Part shown: positions 23,191 to 36,136 of the stretch, piece after piece
Layout: the number at the start of each line of letters is the position of its first letter
Position numbering within the stretch: position 1 is the first letter of the stretch
Assembly (NCBI GenBank): GCA_964036045.1
Contig: OZ038378.1
Location: forward strand, 47,368,001-47,432,000
Direction of reading: 5' to 3'
DNA from: Eutreptiella sp. 'Long Island Sound 2002'
Taxonomy: Eukaryota > Protista > Euglenida
Length of the DNA stretch: 64,000 bases
Program-made: the position numbers and the translations under genes
Notes under the pieces: model-generated
Databases searched by the model: none
Seen by the model: only the letters and a program-made list of their open reading frames with translations
What the model was told of the DNA's origin: nothing

Positions 23191-24700
23191 TTTCCAACAA
23201 CTTGGGCTCTGAAGACCCAACATTCATATACTTGGTACTTACGAGGTGCATATTAGGGTTTCTCTTTTGGCTGGGCTTTGCAGAGCCCAGTCCTTCACAA
23301 TGTCCTATTTTGAGCCCCTGTTGTGTGACATAATAGCACTATGACACTTTAAAACTTATTCTACGTGTGGTTTGTTGTTATATTTTTCTATCCCTTTCTG
23401 GTGTGTTGCTCTTGTATCATGATGTACACTGGTGCCACGGTATTGTGTAAGTGTCACAGTTAGCAGCTGTTAAGGAGTACTATACAACAGACCTTAAATT
23501 GTTCTGGTGCATGTGTAGTTGGAGGTTGGTGATGTGATATTTCTTTTGTTGTGGCGTGTGTGATTTTATTGGAGTTTCAGGACACATTGTTTGCAATATA
23601 CCCTAGTCCATTGCAGTTGACTTTTGTGCATACTGTGCAGTGCTATTGTAATTACTATGTGGTCGTATGTCCCATATATTAAGTATATGTAACTTACTAT
23701 TTTCCTTTTACAATAGCCATGGCTGATTTTCCACACGTTAGACGTACCGAGGTGGATGTACCGGGTGGCGGGGAGGATACGGAAGGAGATGAGGTTGTAG
23801 GACTTGTACCCTCACCGCTCCGATCGACTCCGAAGACAATGGAGTTGCTGAGGTACAGCAGTGGTGTCCAGGCACGATGGTTTGTGCGATACATCTGGGG
23901 GCTTCGTGCACGGTTCCGTTTCACTTTGTGGAACCCAATGCAGAACCCCTTTGTCACATGCCATCGCCGTGGGGTGGTAATGGGTCTCACTTAGCCAACT
24001 CCCATGGGTGCGAAGTGCGGTTCAAAACGCGAGAGGGGCTGCGATTGGAAGAGGCACCACCCCTGCACCCATCAGGTTAGGGGTTGACCGGAGAACCGGT
24101 GCTCAAGGAGGGCCCGTCGGGGGCGCGTCCCTGCCTATCCCCATGTTGTCTAGACAGGACCGGGGGAAGTGAGGTGTCCCCTCCGACGTGAGGGGAAGCT
24201 GGAAGTGTGACCGCACCCCTCCCCTCTCCCGGCTGCCCTCGTCCCCTGGGCAACCCCGGAAGGACTTTGAGACGAGAAGGGTGGACAAGGGCTCCGGGAT
24301 GATGCCATGGACTACATATGGCAACGTATCCCACTTTGGTTGTGGAGCGCCGCGAGGCCCAGGCAGCTGTAGAAATAGTTGTGTTCATACCACTTGCAAT
24401 GGAGCGGGTTGTTCCCCTAGTGCCAAATGCCATGTTCGTTGATCATGTGCTCGCCCCCTTGAGGATGGTGTACCTGTGATCCGGGCTAGGGATGCTGTAG
24501 ATGTTGACGCCCTCTCTGATGGCCCTGTACCTGTTGTGCTCAGTGAGGAGTCGCGTGAATTTGACTTGATAGATTCGGATTGAACGCGAGGGGGGGGGGG
24601 TGGCAGTGTTAACCCCCCCCCCCCGCCAGCCCAATCAGTGCTTTTATGCGTACACATCTATTATTGCGTTCCCCCCAATGTTTGGGCTCTGCACAGCCCA
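22793..24700 (+). mobile_element. Family A copy 3, deleted and interrupted
   Basis: 22793-23958 parallels 10935-12095; 24279-24420 parallels 21247-21380. Confidence 0.65.
23966..24039 (+). mobile_element. Possible tRNA-derived SINE head inside a ~320-bp insertion
   Basis: gccgtggggtggtaatgg (A-box-like)...gcggttcaaaacgc (B-box/T-arm-like)...gaggggc; not a clean cloverleaf; no TSD or tail seen. Confidence 0.3.
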
Positions 24701-24869
24701 GCTGTCCCTGAGTCCGAGTTTTGAGGGGTTGTATTGTTGGTTTTTGTTGCTCCAGGCCCAGACCATGGGTCTTCACAAGCAACAGAGTCAACTACTCGAA
24801 CAAATTCGGTTCTTCTCTGCGTCCCAGATGGTAGGCAGCCATGTGCTAAGCTGTGGGGTACAAATCTTC

Positions 24870-25845
24870 TAGTTGCGAACGTAAGTGTTGTTCCACAGCA
24901 ACCAAGTTCCCATGGTGTCCATGAAAGGCGCCGAGTACCCCTTGAGACAGCACGCGCACGATCCACCCTCCCTGGAGAGGGACTTCCACGATGACCAGAT
25001 TGTATTTTGGCAGTTTGATCTCATTGGGTCACTCATCCATTGTACGCCCAAATTTCTCCACGTTCCGAGCCTTTGCCGACATTGACCCTTGCCACCTCGC
25101 CACACGACACCTAGGCAACCGGGTTCAACACTGGTCTCACGAGCACTTGGCAATGTGCTTCGACATCTTCTCGATCGCTGACCCACGTCCACTGTGTGGC
25201 GCCGATTGTGTTGTCCAGCCAGCTTTCGCCTGATCTCAACAGATGTATCAAACTTGATGATGCGCACGCCAAAGTTGGTCATGCAAATTTCATCACACGC
25301 GACAACGCCGCGTTGGCCTCCAATCACCCATAGGGCTCCCACTGAGTACAACAGGATGGCCCATCACATAGGGCAGGCAAAGAAGCCCGTTATGTCGATG
25401 GAATTGCGAAGCGGCATTCCCATACCTTTGTCGTCCCGGACCAGAAGCTGCAATCGGCCATCACGGGGGTTTGCAAATAGGTCCTCCTTTACCTCTGCCA
25501 CATGGTTTAACCGATGACTCGTGATTGCCCATACTCCATGGTTTTGTCAATCTTCAATACCTTCCGGTTCACATTGGTCCGGCGCATCTCAACGTAATTT
25601 GCAATGGCTAGCACACTTGTCGAGTCCTTGATACTATCCATTCTCCATGTCACACAAGACTTGTTCGCCAGTTGAGAGCGGGATCGACTAGCTTGGCTGG
25701 CCCCATCAACAGTGCTGCCTTGCACACCTTCTTCAATGGAGGACTCTGGCTGTAGTGTGTCCGCTTTCTCGCCTTCCCGTGCATCCATCCCTGGTGTCTC
25801 GGCAAGGTTGCCATCCATGGCAGCGTCGTTTAGTATGTCAAACAT
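24870..25845 (-). pseudogene. Decayed coding sequence, product unknown
   Basis: Protein-like blocks 25507-25845 and ~24880-25530 (HVAEVKEDLFANPRDGRLQLLVRDDKG...VLSQGVLGAFHGHHGNLVAVE) broken by stops and frameshifts. Confidence 0.3.
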
Positions 25846-27879
25846 GTCTCAAAGACACACTGACTTTACACAATGAATCACGTCAGCAAAAACAACACAG
25901 CAATCACACAGCTCCAAATATCAATGCTGGCAAAAGGCAGATTTGAACAACAAATTAGCCGGAATCATGCATTTAACTTGGCACCCACAAGGGTTGAAAT
26001 AGGCAAAATCGTCTCAAAAACACCAAATCACAGCAGAGTCGTCTCCAATGCAACGTCTAGTGCTGGCTGATAGTCAGGGCATCAAACAGGCCAAGCAAAA
26101 CGTCCCTCGTTGACACGGGTGCAGAGTAACAGCAGAATTGGGCCTGTCCAATGACATTGCGAATGGCCTGCAACACTAGAGCCAAACCTGCCGGCAATTT
26201 ACCGTCACCCACTCTAGCAGTGTAGCAGTGCAGCAGTGCCAAGCACACCTCTTCCAAAGTCACATAGGCTGACGCAACGGGTGCAAACTGAAAGACAAAA
26301 GCAAGGAGATGTGTGCACAAATCACAGCATGGTGATGGCACGGTCTAGGACTAGCCCAACCCTAAGAAAGAAATACGAAATGACCAATTTGCGCACATAT
26401 TGGGCAATCGTAACACGTTGGGCTCTGCAGGCTTGCTATGCCGCTTTTCCTCGCGCAAAAGTTGTTCATTGAAGGGCTGTGGCTGGGTTTGGCTATCCTG
26501 TGGTGGTTGGTGAATTTGCTCGAGGACCCCATCGACGACGCGGACGACACGACCATGGATACGGATGCATCGCGCTGCTTGTGGGCACTGTACTACGGCC
26601 GCCGACCTGACTTGATCAGTTGGAGCACCCTAACGAGGCAGGTTACGGGGACAGTAGTGAGGAAGAAATCGAGGAGGTGACGGGTCTGCAAACCCCCAAG
26701 CCAAAGGGGAAATCCATAAACAGCGGCAGAAGGAGCATGAGAAGGCTTAGCGTGAGTTGCGGAAGCAGGAGGAGGCGCGGGAGCGGCAACGGAAAAAGGA
26801 GGAGAAGGAGAAAGAGAAAAAGGCGAAAGAGGACGAATGAGCCCACCGAAAGAGGAAGGAAGAGGAGGGCAAGCTAGCAACGGCAGCAGCAGCGGCCTCC
26901 CTGTTACAAAAAAAACACGCAGTTGAGGGGTTGCAGGCTACCGTGGCACATGGCGTGAGGGTTGGACTGCCCAAGAGTGGTGGCAAGACCAACGGCAAGT
27001 GAGTGGAAGCCCCACGTACCGCAGGTGGCATGGCTGTCGCTAGACCACAACGGACATATGACCACTGACACAAACTGTGTGACTGTGCTGGAGTTTTGAA
27101 TGCCTGGTGTGAGTGGGCCTCTCCTGTGCAGCCCCAAACAGCTGTTCCATCCATGGGATAGTGAGTGAGGTGAACCCTCTGAACACCATGCAATTTTGAG
27201 TCACACAGTATGCTGGGCTCTGCAGAGCCCGGCAGTACAAATTTCGTCATATTTGGGGGCAAATCAATCAAATTTGAAAGGCTAGGCTCTGCAGACCCCA
27301 GCTCACTGCAAAAGGAAAGATTGACCTCAAATTCAATCACAAACACATACAGAGACGAACAGGGCATCTCGACAGTCCTGCACTGTCCCTGTGAGTTTGG
27401 TTGCAAGAGCGCCACATTCTGCTTTAGCATTTCTTTTTGTATGTCCCGCGTTGACACAATGTATGAACTGTTGTGTTTGCCCATGATTCAGTTGGCTCCA
27501 CGGTGCGAGGTTTGTGTCTGTGAATCCCAGCTACTCTACTTACGTGCTGCGTTTTTTCGCCATCTTGGGTCTCCCCTCCAAGTGGTACTCCCGATGCCCC
27601 TCCCTGATGCATCTCCTTTCAAATCTTTGGGAGGTCCTTCGTGGTGGGTAGCATGTGTTGGGTAGGTATTTGGGTTGCTGAGGAGATAAATTGCAATTTT
27701 TTTTTGTGCTCGGGGTTTAATTTTCGGCAGCCTTTTCAAGTTGTGCTATCGCATATTTTAGACGGCATTTGGAGATGTCGTGGAGTTGCACCTTAGGATG
27801 AAGCTCAGAATGATCCTTGGGAGATGGAGAAGAAAATGACCAGGCGCAGTAGTGGCAACTCCGAATATTTGTTGGAACA

Positions 27880-28310
27880 TTATGCCAAAAGGTATTATTT
27901 TGGCCTTACAGCCACTCTGCCTTTTGACATGTTTTGCATTGATCATTCAACCAGAGTTTCCGCAGTCACAAGTGGTTTCCCCACAAACCAAAGCAAATAT
28001 GGTTGTGTACGGTAGACCTTTAGCCCTTATGATGGGTGGTGGGTTGCTCGGTCAAGTGCTATAATGTGGTTGGTTTGTGAGTTGGGGATTTGCGCATGTT
28101 GCGGGACAGCTTGCACGCCGTAAAGCATGGTGGGGACAAGCCAGGGTCGAACCGCATGGTGGTCCCATTGAAAGTGAACAAAAATGCCGTTGGAAGCACT
28201 AGACCATGGTTGTCGACAGTTGCTAGAAGTGTGAAAAACCGAGCATTTGCGGTTTTGGGGAAAAAATCATTTTGGGTGCCAATTTTTATTTTCAGGCCGT
28301 CAATTTCCAA
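27880..28310 (-). pseudogene. Possible Mutator-like (MULE) transposase remnant with degenerate SWIM finger
   Basis: FFTLLATVDNHGLVLPTAFLF resembles the MULE D-x2-G-x3-P-x-AF segment; downstream TTCDCGNSG*MINAKHV resembles SWIM CxC...CxH. The spacing is shorter than usual. Confidence 0.35.
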
Positions 28311-31300
28311 ACAACTATGTCCCCCCAGCTCTCACCATTGTATCGCTAGGCTTTGAGGAATGGTAAAGCCATGGTCTTTAGTTTGGTTGGGTGTGAATTC
28401 AAGTTGAATGTTGTTGTTGGTGGGGTGTTGGACAAAGGGAAGGCACTACTTTCGTGCATGGGAGGTTTCAGAGGTTCGATGAAAATCGGTGTACGCATTT
28501 TCTGGCACTCCCAACAAAGGGGAGCAATAGAAATTTCCTAGACTTGGGGTTCAGGTGCGTAGCACCCCTTCCCAAGCCTAGCCACCGCACTGATGCCAAG
28601 AATTGCCTCATATTAATATTATTATCTCGTCTATTTTTTCTTTGACATTGGTGTAAGAGATGGTTGTACTACTTTGATTTTCTTTCCTAGAGGAGATATC
28701 TACAGGTCCATTTACATGTACTTTCAGGCTAGAAAACAAAAAAAAACCATAATATTACAGTTCCATAGGAGTTTCCAAACGTATCAAGGGAATCACTGGC
28801 ATCACCTATGTAGGCCTCACTCTTGTCCCTGTTGCACCCGGTTTTGTGACAGGTGAGCGGGCTAGGCTTCCCCCGGGCCTTGTTCGACACTGCTTGGCGG
28901 TTCCTGCCCTCCTCTTTTTTGTTTTGTGGGAGGGACTCTACCAAAAAAAGAGGCGAAGGTGGGGTGCATGCAAGTACTGTTGTGTTGCATGCTTGCAATT
29001 GACCAGGTTGCTGTGTGCCCTCAAACTGAATACCACCTACCTCACCTCCGTTCCCCTCACATGGCCAACTCCCTTCCTGCCCCCTCCCCGGTGCCATGGT
29101 GGGCTCCTGCTGCCACAACTCTGTTGGGGTCTGGTTTTCCAACAGAGGGGCCCCCAAGCCTAATATTAACCAGGTCAGGTGCTGACATACATGGCGCTAA
29201 GTTTAATAGGGTTGTCCTTCGTGTCCAGCAGATTTGAGGCTTGCATCCGGCATTTTCTGGCAGGTTCAGCAGTTTTGTGGGGGGGGGGGGGGTCAGTGAC
29301 AGTGGCTGGGACAGATGCAGTGACAGCCACTGACAGTCACAGTTACAGAGTATGCGTTTGTTGTCCCTTTGTGCCCCTTCTGTTGCGCCTTACCCCCTCC
29401 CAGCTTTGATGTATATTTGCATGGGACTTTGGAGGGGGATTTGTTGCCACCTGTTTTGCTTGCCCTGGCGTGTCACTACCCTGAACCTGACCCTGACCGT
29501 GCTCCCTCTCTGCCACTGTAACTGACACATGGCCCGAAGAAGCGACAGAACATGCAGATCTTTTGCGTCTGGGGCTTGGTCCCATGATGTGGGCATCCCT
29601 GTGCCCGTACCTGCACACTGGCGCTCAGAGTAGATGACAGGGCCTCTGTTTGCCCATCTGCTGCTTGTGCTCTGACATAAAGCACTTCTCAAAGAACCCT
29701 TGGTGCCTCCTTTTGCAAGGTACAGCTGGGATTTCTTGTGAAACCTAAGTTCAAGCAGGTCTGATTGAGTAGTTAAATCTTGGTTTACCCTGCTTTATCC
29801 ATGCGGAAAATTGTACCCTCTGATCATGAGGAAGTAACATTTTGTGCCAAGCATCTGGTGACGAATGCTGAAAAGGCTTAGTTTCTGGCCCTCGGCCCCT
29901 CTACAAAGAAACTGCATGTTTGCTGTGTGTATAATCCAAGAACTGGAGTACTCTGATGATGTGCGACACAATTTAGGAAGTTCAACCAGATGGTTGAAAT
30001 GTGTTGTGCCATCTGTCAGATGGCATGCTGTTCGCCGTTCAACAGACATATGATGAAGAATTGGCAGGTACCCTGGATCGGCCCCTCCCATGGGGCCCCA
30101 CTGGCACAGACTTAGCTGTCTCAGGCTGGTAAGCATTCGCTGAAAAATCGCAATCCTCCCCGCCGCCTACCTCTTTGGAGAGCATTGGCCAGATTTGAAG
30201 CAGCATTTGGTGATACCACACACATAGGAACACATGAGCACCCATTTAGCACCAAAGACACCTTCCTGTGTGGGGACTTGGTACCAAACCAGCAATTGTG
30301 CATTCTGTGTAGTGCTCCTAATACCAATGGTAGTCACCATCTCGTTACTGCAACCATCAATTTGCACATCAACTTTGCATTACCAGGTGGCAAACTGGCC
30401 GTTGCCGTTTGGTCAGATGTGCGAATTTATGTGCCAAGTGCCACGTGGACGCGACATGGATTTGAGTCTGATGGAGGCAGTGGGCGAGCTTGAAAATTCC
30501 GAGTCCCTGGACGAGTGGGATGCGCGGTTGTTGTCGTTTCGGACATGGGTTCAGCAACAACCACAGATTTCCATCGCCATTGTTGCGCATGGAGTATGCC
30601 CTTGTTCCATCCGTGACCCTCCTCACGTACCATTGCATCATTCCCCGCTCAATATCTTTGCGCCAGGGCTGGCTGCTGGGGGGACCAGCATGTCCAGTGA
30701 GCTTGTTTCTCAGAAGGTAACTTGGTGTTCCGCGTAACTACTCAGGACTGGTGTGGGGGGGGCGGATTTGGGGGGCAGACCCCTCTCCGGTCTTAGGTAA
30801 TTAGCTGCAACTTTGTACAACAGCCTGCCATCACGAGAATCACACGTTATACCAATGCCCAAAAACTCTGAGCCTTTTTGCAGGGGCCACAATAAAAAAT
30901 GCCCTGGCCTTGTGCTGCATTTTCTGCTGAAGCGTTGCAGGGACTACAGTTGCCCGGGCTCCCCCCTCCGACCCAGATACCAGGAAGGAAATCACGGGGG
31001 GGAGGCGGAGGTTGCTATAAAGGCCGATTCATTGTGCCAGTTGCGGACTGAGGGTGGCAGGGGCGGAGGCAGTTCTCTTGTGAGAAGAACCTGAGGTGAC
31101 CACAGCCCAGGGTATGGGCCCTGTGCAGGTGTACGTCACCAACTCCGTCACCTTCATGCCCTTAGATGCCGATGTTTGATGATTGGCAAACCAGGCAGAA
31201 CACCCCCCATGGTCAATCGCCTCCAAGTATTGGGCCTAAGTGGTAGCAGGGGTGATGGCGCGTTGGAAACTAAGGGATAGGCGAGAGATGGGGGGTGAGA

Positions 31301-34298
31301 GATGGCACCTCAGTGAGCACTTTGCTTCAGCCAAGGGAAGTCTTGTAGAGGTGCCACACCCAGCCGTTGCAGGGTCTGGACAAACTTACTGCCCATTCAC
31401 TCCGAAGAGAGTTTGTTAGATCAAGCGGAGGCGCGGGCGCGGGCGCCATTTAACCCCCCCGCCCTTTTGGGGGTCATTCTTGTAGCATACAGATATCAGG
31501 TGTGTGACCCTTTGCAAAAAATGATTTTGGGACACAAAACTTATCCCCCAATGAATTTTTCAAATTTGACCCCTGTACTCCCCCCACCATACTTGGGTAC
31601 CACTGGTACCACTTTTGGGAGGTAGGTGGCGGGGGGGGGCGAACCTTATTTGCATGTTGTGCCACTGGGGGAGTATTTGCCGCCGGGCACGCGCCGGGCA
31701 TCTTTTTTTGACTATTACCCACCCGTGCCTGGTTTTGCCCCCCCCCCCCCCCTCACCAAACAATCTAGAGTACCTTCTCGCCTCTGGCCCATCCTTTGCA
31801 CCCAGTTTATGGTGATGGCAAGGGTGGTGGTTGGAAATGGTGGCAGTGACATTTTGCGTTGTTGAATTCTCATATCTCTCTGGGACACCGGATTTCATGC
31901 CAACACGGAGCGTTTTCGGGGGTCGGTGCCTTTGTTGCCTCATTTGTGCCCGCTGAGTGTCCCGGAGGTAGGGGTATGTGGGGTATATTCGGAAAGCCCT
32001 TGAAAAGGGCTTTTCGGAGATGTATGGGTTAGGGGGGGGTCCGGACCATATTTTTTCAAAAATTGGCCGTTACCGTTGACAGGTTGGGTTTTTTTTGCCT
32101 GTTCTAGTCCGGTTTCAGACAGACTGCACCGCACCCCTACCCCCATTATTCCAACATATGGGCATATGAGGGTCACGTCATTCAGGTGGATTTGTTGCAT
32201 TTGATGAGTAGAAGACATGTGCAACATGGGTCCCCTCAAGACCCCAATATGTTGAAGACTTTGACCAATAACTACCTTGGACACCCGGGTGATGCCTGGT
32301 GCAACTTGCAGCATCAAGCTCACCAGAGTGCAAGAAATCAAAGATGGCAGAATTTCTCAAACAGGCTGTCAAGTTGGGACATGAGACCACAATATTTGGA
32401 TTCAGCACGTCAAAATGCATCCATTTACCTCATTTCACTTTGCTCCAACTCCACAATATGTCGGAGCACCCAGGGGAAAACCTGTGAGTGGGTGTCCCCC
32501 ACGCGTGAGCGGAGCAGGCTGAGGCCCAAAAACCCTGAAACGCCGAAAAGTTCGGCCTCGGCACTCAAAAATATGGTCACCTATCCCCCCCCCAACCCAT
32601 ACATTTCTGAAACGGCCTTTTCTCACAGATTTCAAAAAGCATACACATACCCCCCCCAAGGTAACGACATTTTGGTGCATTGGACTAAAAGTTGAGAAAA
32701 ACCGGGGAAAATGTGAATTTGCTCCGTGTTGGCATGTTCTGAATGTCCCAGAGAGATATTTCACCTTGTGCAACGTGCTTTGCACAGAAGGTTTGCAGTC
32801 TAGTGCGGTCTATTTGGGAGACTTCCCTAGGTGGTGATAAACTTTGGGCTAGGGATAGGATACTCAACACAAAGGTAGCGCGCCGGGCGAACATTCGCCC
32901 ACTCTGCATTGATTTAGACCCAGGTCCTGAATTACTTTTTTCACATACATGGACCCCTACCCAATGGCAACGGGTCACAGGTCTGAACACTGGGCACCCC
33001 CCCTCCCCCCACCCCCCCTATTGGTCCTTGGCAATGAGGACTTAGCCGTTTTCCAGCTAGCATGCAACGGCTGGCACATCACCTCACAGAGGTTGTTAGA
33101 TCAAGGCTAGGCGAACCCGCATAAAGGGGACAATGCCACATAGCCCCCTCGTGTTGGGCCTTTTTGGGCCTATTTGTGTCCCCTAGCCCACGGGGTTGAA
33201 CTGTTGGTTTAACCCTTTGTAAAATCATTATTTTCTCCAATAAACACATCCCCCAACAAGTTTTTGGTCTGGACCCCCAGACCCCCCCCCCACTTGAAAC
33301 CTACCTTTTTGAGGCATCATGAGGAGGGGGGGGGGTCAAAAAATGCAAAAAAGACCCCACCATTTTTGTGTTGAAAACCATGTTGAAAACCATGAATCTT
33401 TTTTTTTCTCCGATTTTCAGCCGAATAGTTTTTTGGCCTTGTCCCCATGGCGTTTGTATAGGGCGGAGTGGGACGGGCACTATTGCAATTCACGCACTTT
33501 CCAGCCGTTTTTGTTGTAGCAGCGGTTTTGGCGACATTGGCGACCCCGTGGTACCCACTGTGAGGGGTGCAAGCAGGGATATTCTGACATTATATACCTA
33601 CTAGGATACTAAGGGATGTTTTTTGCAGCCCCTAACCTTTCCCAAGGTTGGTCATGGCACGTGTAAAAGGCAGGAAATGACCATTTCTGCCAACAATGGC
33701 TTACATGTGTGCATGGGATGGTACACAACCTGCTTAAGCAGTTTTTCACTGTGTACAGCTCAAAACTCAACATTTTCGAAGTTTATTTTTTCTACATCAT
33801 GTCCACTCACAATAACCATGCAAGCTATGTAAAGCATGTTTGAGGGTTAGGGTTAGGCTGTTGTTTTCTGGGGAGCAAGAACAGTCCCGATGCACCTGCT
33901 AGTGAGTTGGGTGTGCACTGCTCGGCATAGGTCCTTTGCGAGGTGGACTTGCCGATGGCCATAGAATTTGGGAACCTGCATTTTTTTCGAAACCCTTCTG
34001 TTGCCCCCACGGTGGGGGGGGGACTCCGCGGGTCCCAGGACGCCAACTACCCCCGCTCCCCCCCCCCCCCCCTAGGGGCCTTCGGCCAAAAGTTAGTTGC
34101 CAAAGGTGTTGCCCTTGGGCGTCGATGGGCGCCAAAGGCGCCCAATGCTCCATGAACACCAAAGGTGCCCTAAGGCAAATGTTATCCAATTTGCACCCCA
34201 ACACTATCCTTAAACCCAACGTTGACTCTAACGCCCACCCCCAACCCTCAGCCTACTCCTATCCCTACACCTAACCCTAATCAAGACTGAATATTGCT

Positions 34299-35388
34299 AC
34301 CGAGCTGGTGGGGGAGGGAACATTAGCTATGACTGGTGAGGAACATTAAGAATGATTGACACATTGATGGGTCTTGACAAAGTGAAATCAGCTTGCTCGT
34401 GAACCCCATCACCACGAGGCCCACTTTCAAGGCTTTTTGGACTTTTGAGGGGCCAAACTGCCCCAAAATGGGCTCAAAATGGGCTCATTTCACCCGTTTG
34501 TGCACCCCAAATGGTCTAGGATGAGGTTTGGCAAAACGCATTTTTGACCCATTTTTGGTCCCAAAACAGCCCATTTTCAAGGCATTTTGGGATTTTCGGA
34601 GGACCAAAATGGGACACCACAAGCTCACAACGGTCCATAAACACTTGTTTTAGCGTCGCACATGGTCTAGGATCATTTTTGAGAAAAGTCATCTTTTTGC
34701 CCCTACTGGACCCTGTTGACCCATTTGGGCACCCACCTGTTTGGGCTTGAGGTTGCAGCTTGCCGCAGCCTAGTGGGCCTAGGTATTGGTGTCTAGGCGT
34801 TCGTTTGGGCAATTCTGAGGGGTGGAAACCACAAAAAGCGGGTGGAATAGGTGCCCTAGGAATCGCATTTTGAGCCATGTAGCCAAAGATATGGCCTATT
34901 CTTGGTTTGTGGCTGTCGGCATTTGGAGCTTCTGGGGCCTTTTTCAGCCGTTTCCGGGACATATCATGGAGTTAGAGGGCCGCAGAGAGCTCGTTGACAT
35001 GGGGAAGTCAAGCCGCACTTGGATTGTACCCACCGTTTCCCTTCGTTTGGCCGTTTTGAATGTGTTCCAGGGCCCTCCTCGCCCCAAAATGGCTGTTTTT
35101 GGCCCTAAACTGCAGCTTTTGAAACTAAGCTCTGCCATTTGCGAATCCCGTTACCGGCCGCCACCGTTGAGTTTCTCGCTCAAACTTTGTGTGATTGGAC
35201 TTCACACCCATTGGTATCATCCACCAAAATTTCAGCTGAATCTAAAGCACCACGACGGAGGTATGATTTTTGCCCATTTCGCGCATGCTGCTGCTTGCCT
35301 GCTGCTTGCTGCCTGCTGCTAAACCTGGTACGTCCACCCTAGACACTAAAAAGGGTTATAAAACCAAGACTGGTTCCACCAGCTCGGT
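34299..35388. mobile_element. ~1.09-kb non-coding element with 13-bp terminal inverted repeats (ACCGAGCTGGTGG)
   Basis: accgagctggtgg (34299-34311) and ccaccagctcggt (35376-35388); CCCTAA-like hexamers flank both sides; no TSD seen. Confidence 0.45.
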
Positions 35389-36136
35389 GACCCTAGCCCT
35401 AACCCTGGCCCTGGCTCTCACCCTAGGCTAGGGTCAGAGTGAGTGTTGGGGTACAAAATGGAGAGCAATGATGTGGCAAAAACAGCCATGAAAGAAATCA
35501 CCTCGCAGAGGTTGTTAGATCAAAGCCAGGCAGGCGTATATATGGGGAAAACGCCACATACCCCCCCATTTTGGCCTTTTTGGGCCTATTCGCGTACCCT
35601 ACCCCAAGGGGTTGAATTGTTGGTTTAACCCCTTGTAAAATCATTATTTTGTCCAATAAACGCATCCCCCAATGAGATTTTGGTCCGGACCCCCCCAGAC
35701 CCCCCCCACTTGAAACCCACTTTTTTCAGGTTTTGAGGGAGGGGGGGGGTGGGGGGGGGTGGGGGGGGGTCAAAAAATGACCCCCCCATTTTTTGGGTCG
35801 AAAATCATGAATCTTTTGGTTTTTTTTGATTTTGAGCCGAAAAAGTTTTTCCGGGTCCCGACTCTATGGGGTTTGTATGGGGCGGAGTGGGACGAGCGCT
35901 TATGCAGTTTATGCACTTTTTCAGCCATTTTTGCTATGTTGGCGGTTTTGGCGACCTCGGTGACCCCGTGGTATCCACTTTGAGGGGTGAGAGTGGGGAT
36001 GTTGTGACAGTATCTGCCTCCTAGTATACGGAAGGACGTTTTTTGCAGCCTCTAGCCTTGCTTAGGGCCGTTCACAACCCGTGCCAAAAACGCAAAATGG
36101 CTCTTTCCACCAATAATGGCTTAGTGAATGGGCTGG

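Noticed and set aside
24220-24265. HDV-like ribozyme (ctgggcaac); also hammerhead cores at ctgatga sites (~4110, 29955, 44357, 56039)
   Set aside because: The required nested stems and GAAA partner motifs could not be built.
10973-27299. CRISPR-like repeat-spacer reading of the 69-bp palindrome pairs
   Set aside because: Only two repeats per locus, repeats are 16 bp, and spacers are shared between paralogous copies.
28625-28645. Euglenid spliced-leader sequence (gtctattttttc)
   Set aside because: The match is too short, and the rest of the leader and the SL RNA context are absent.
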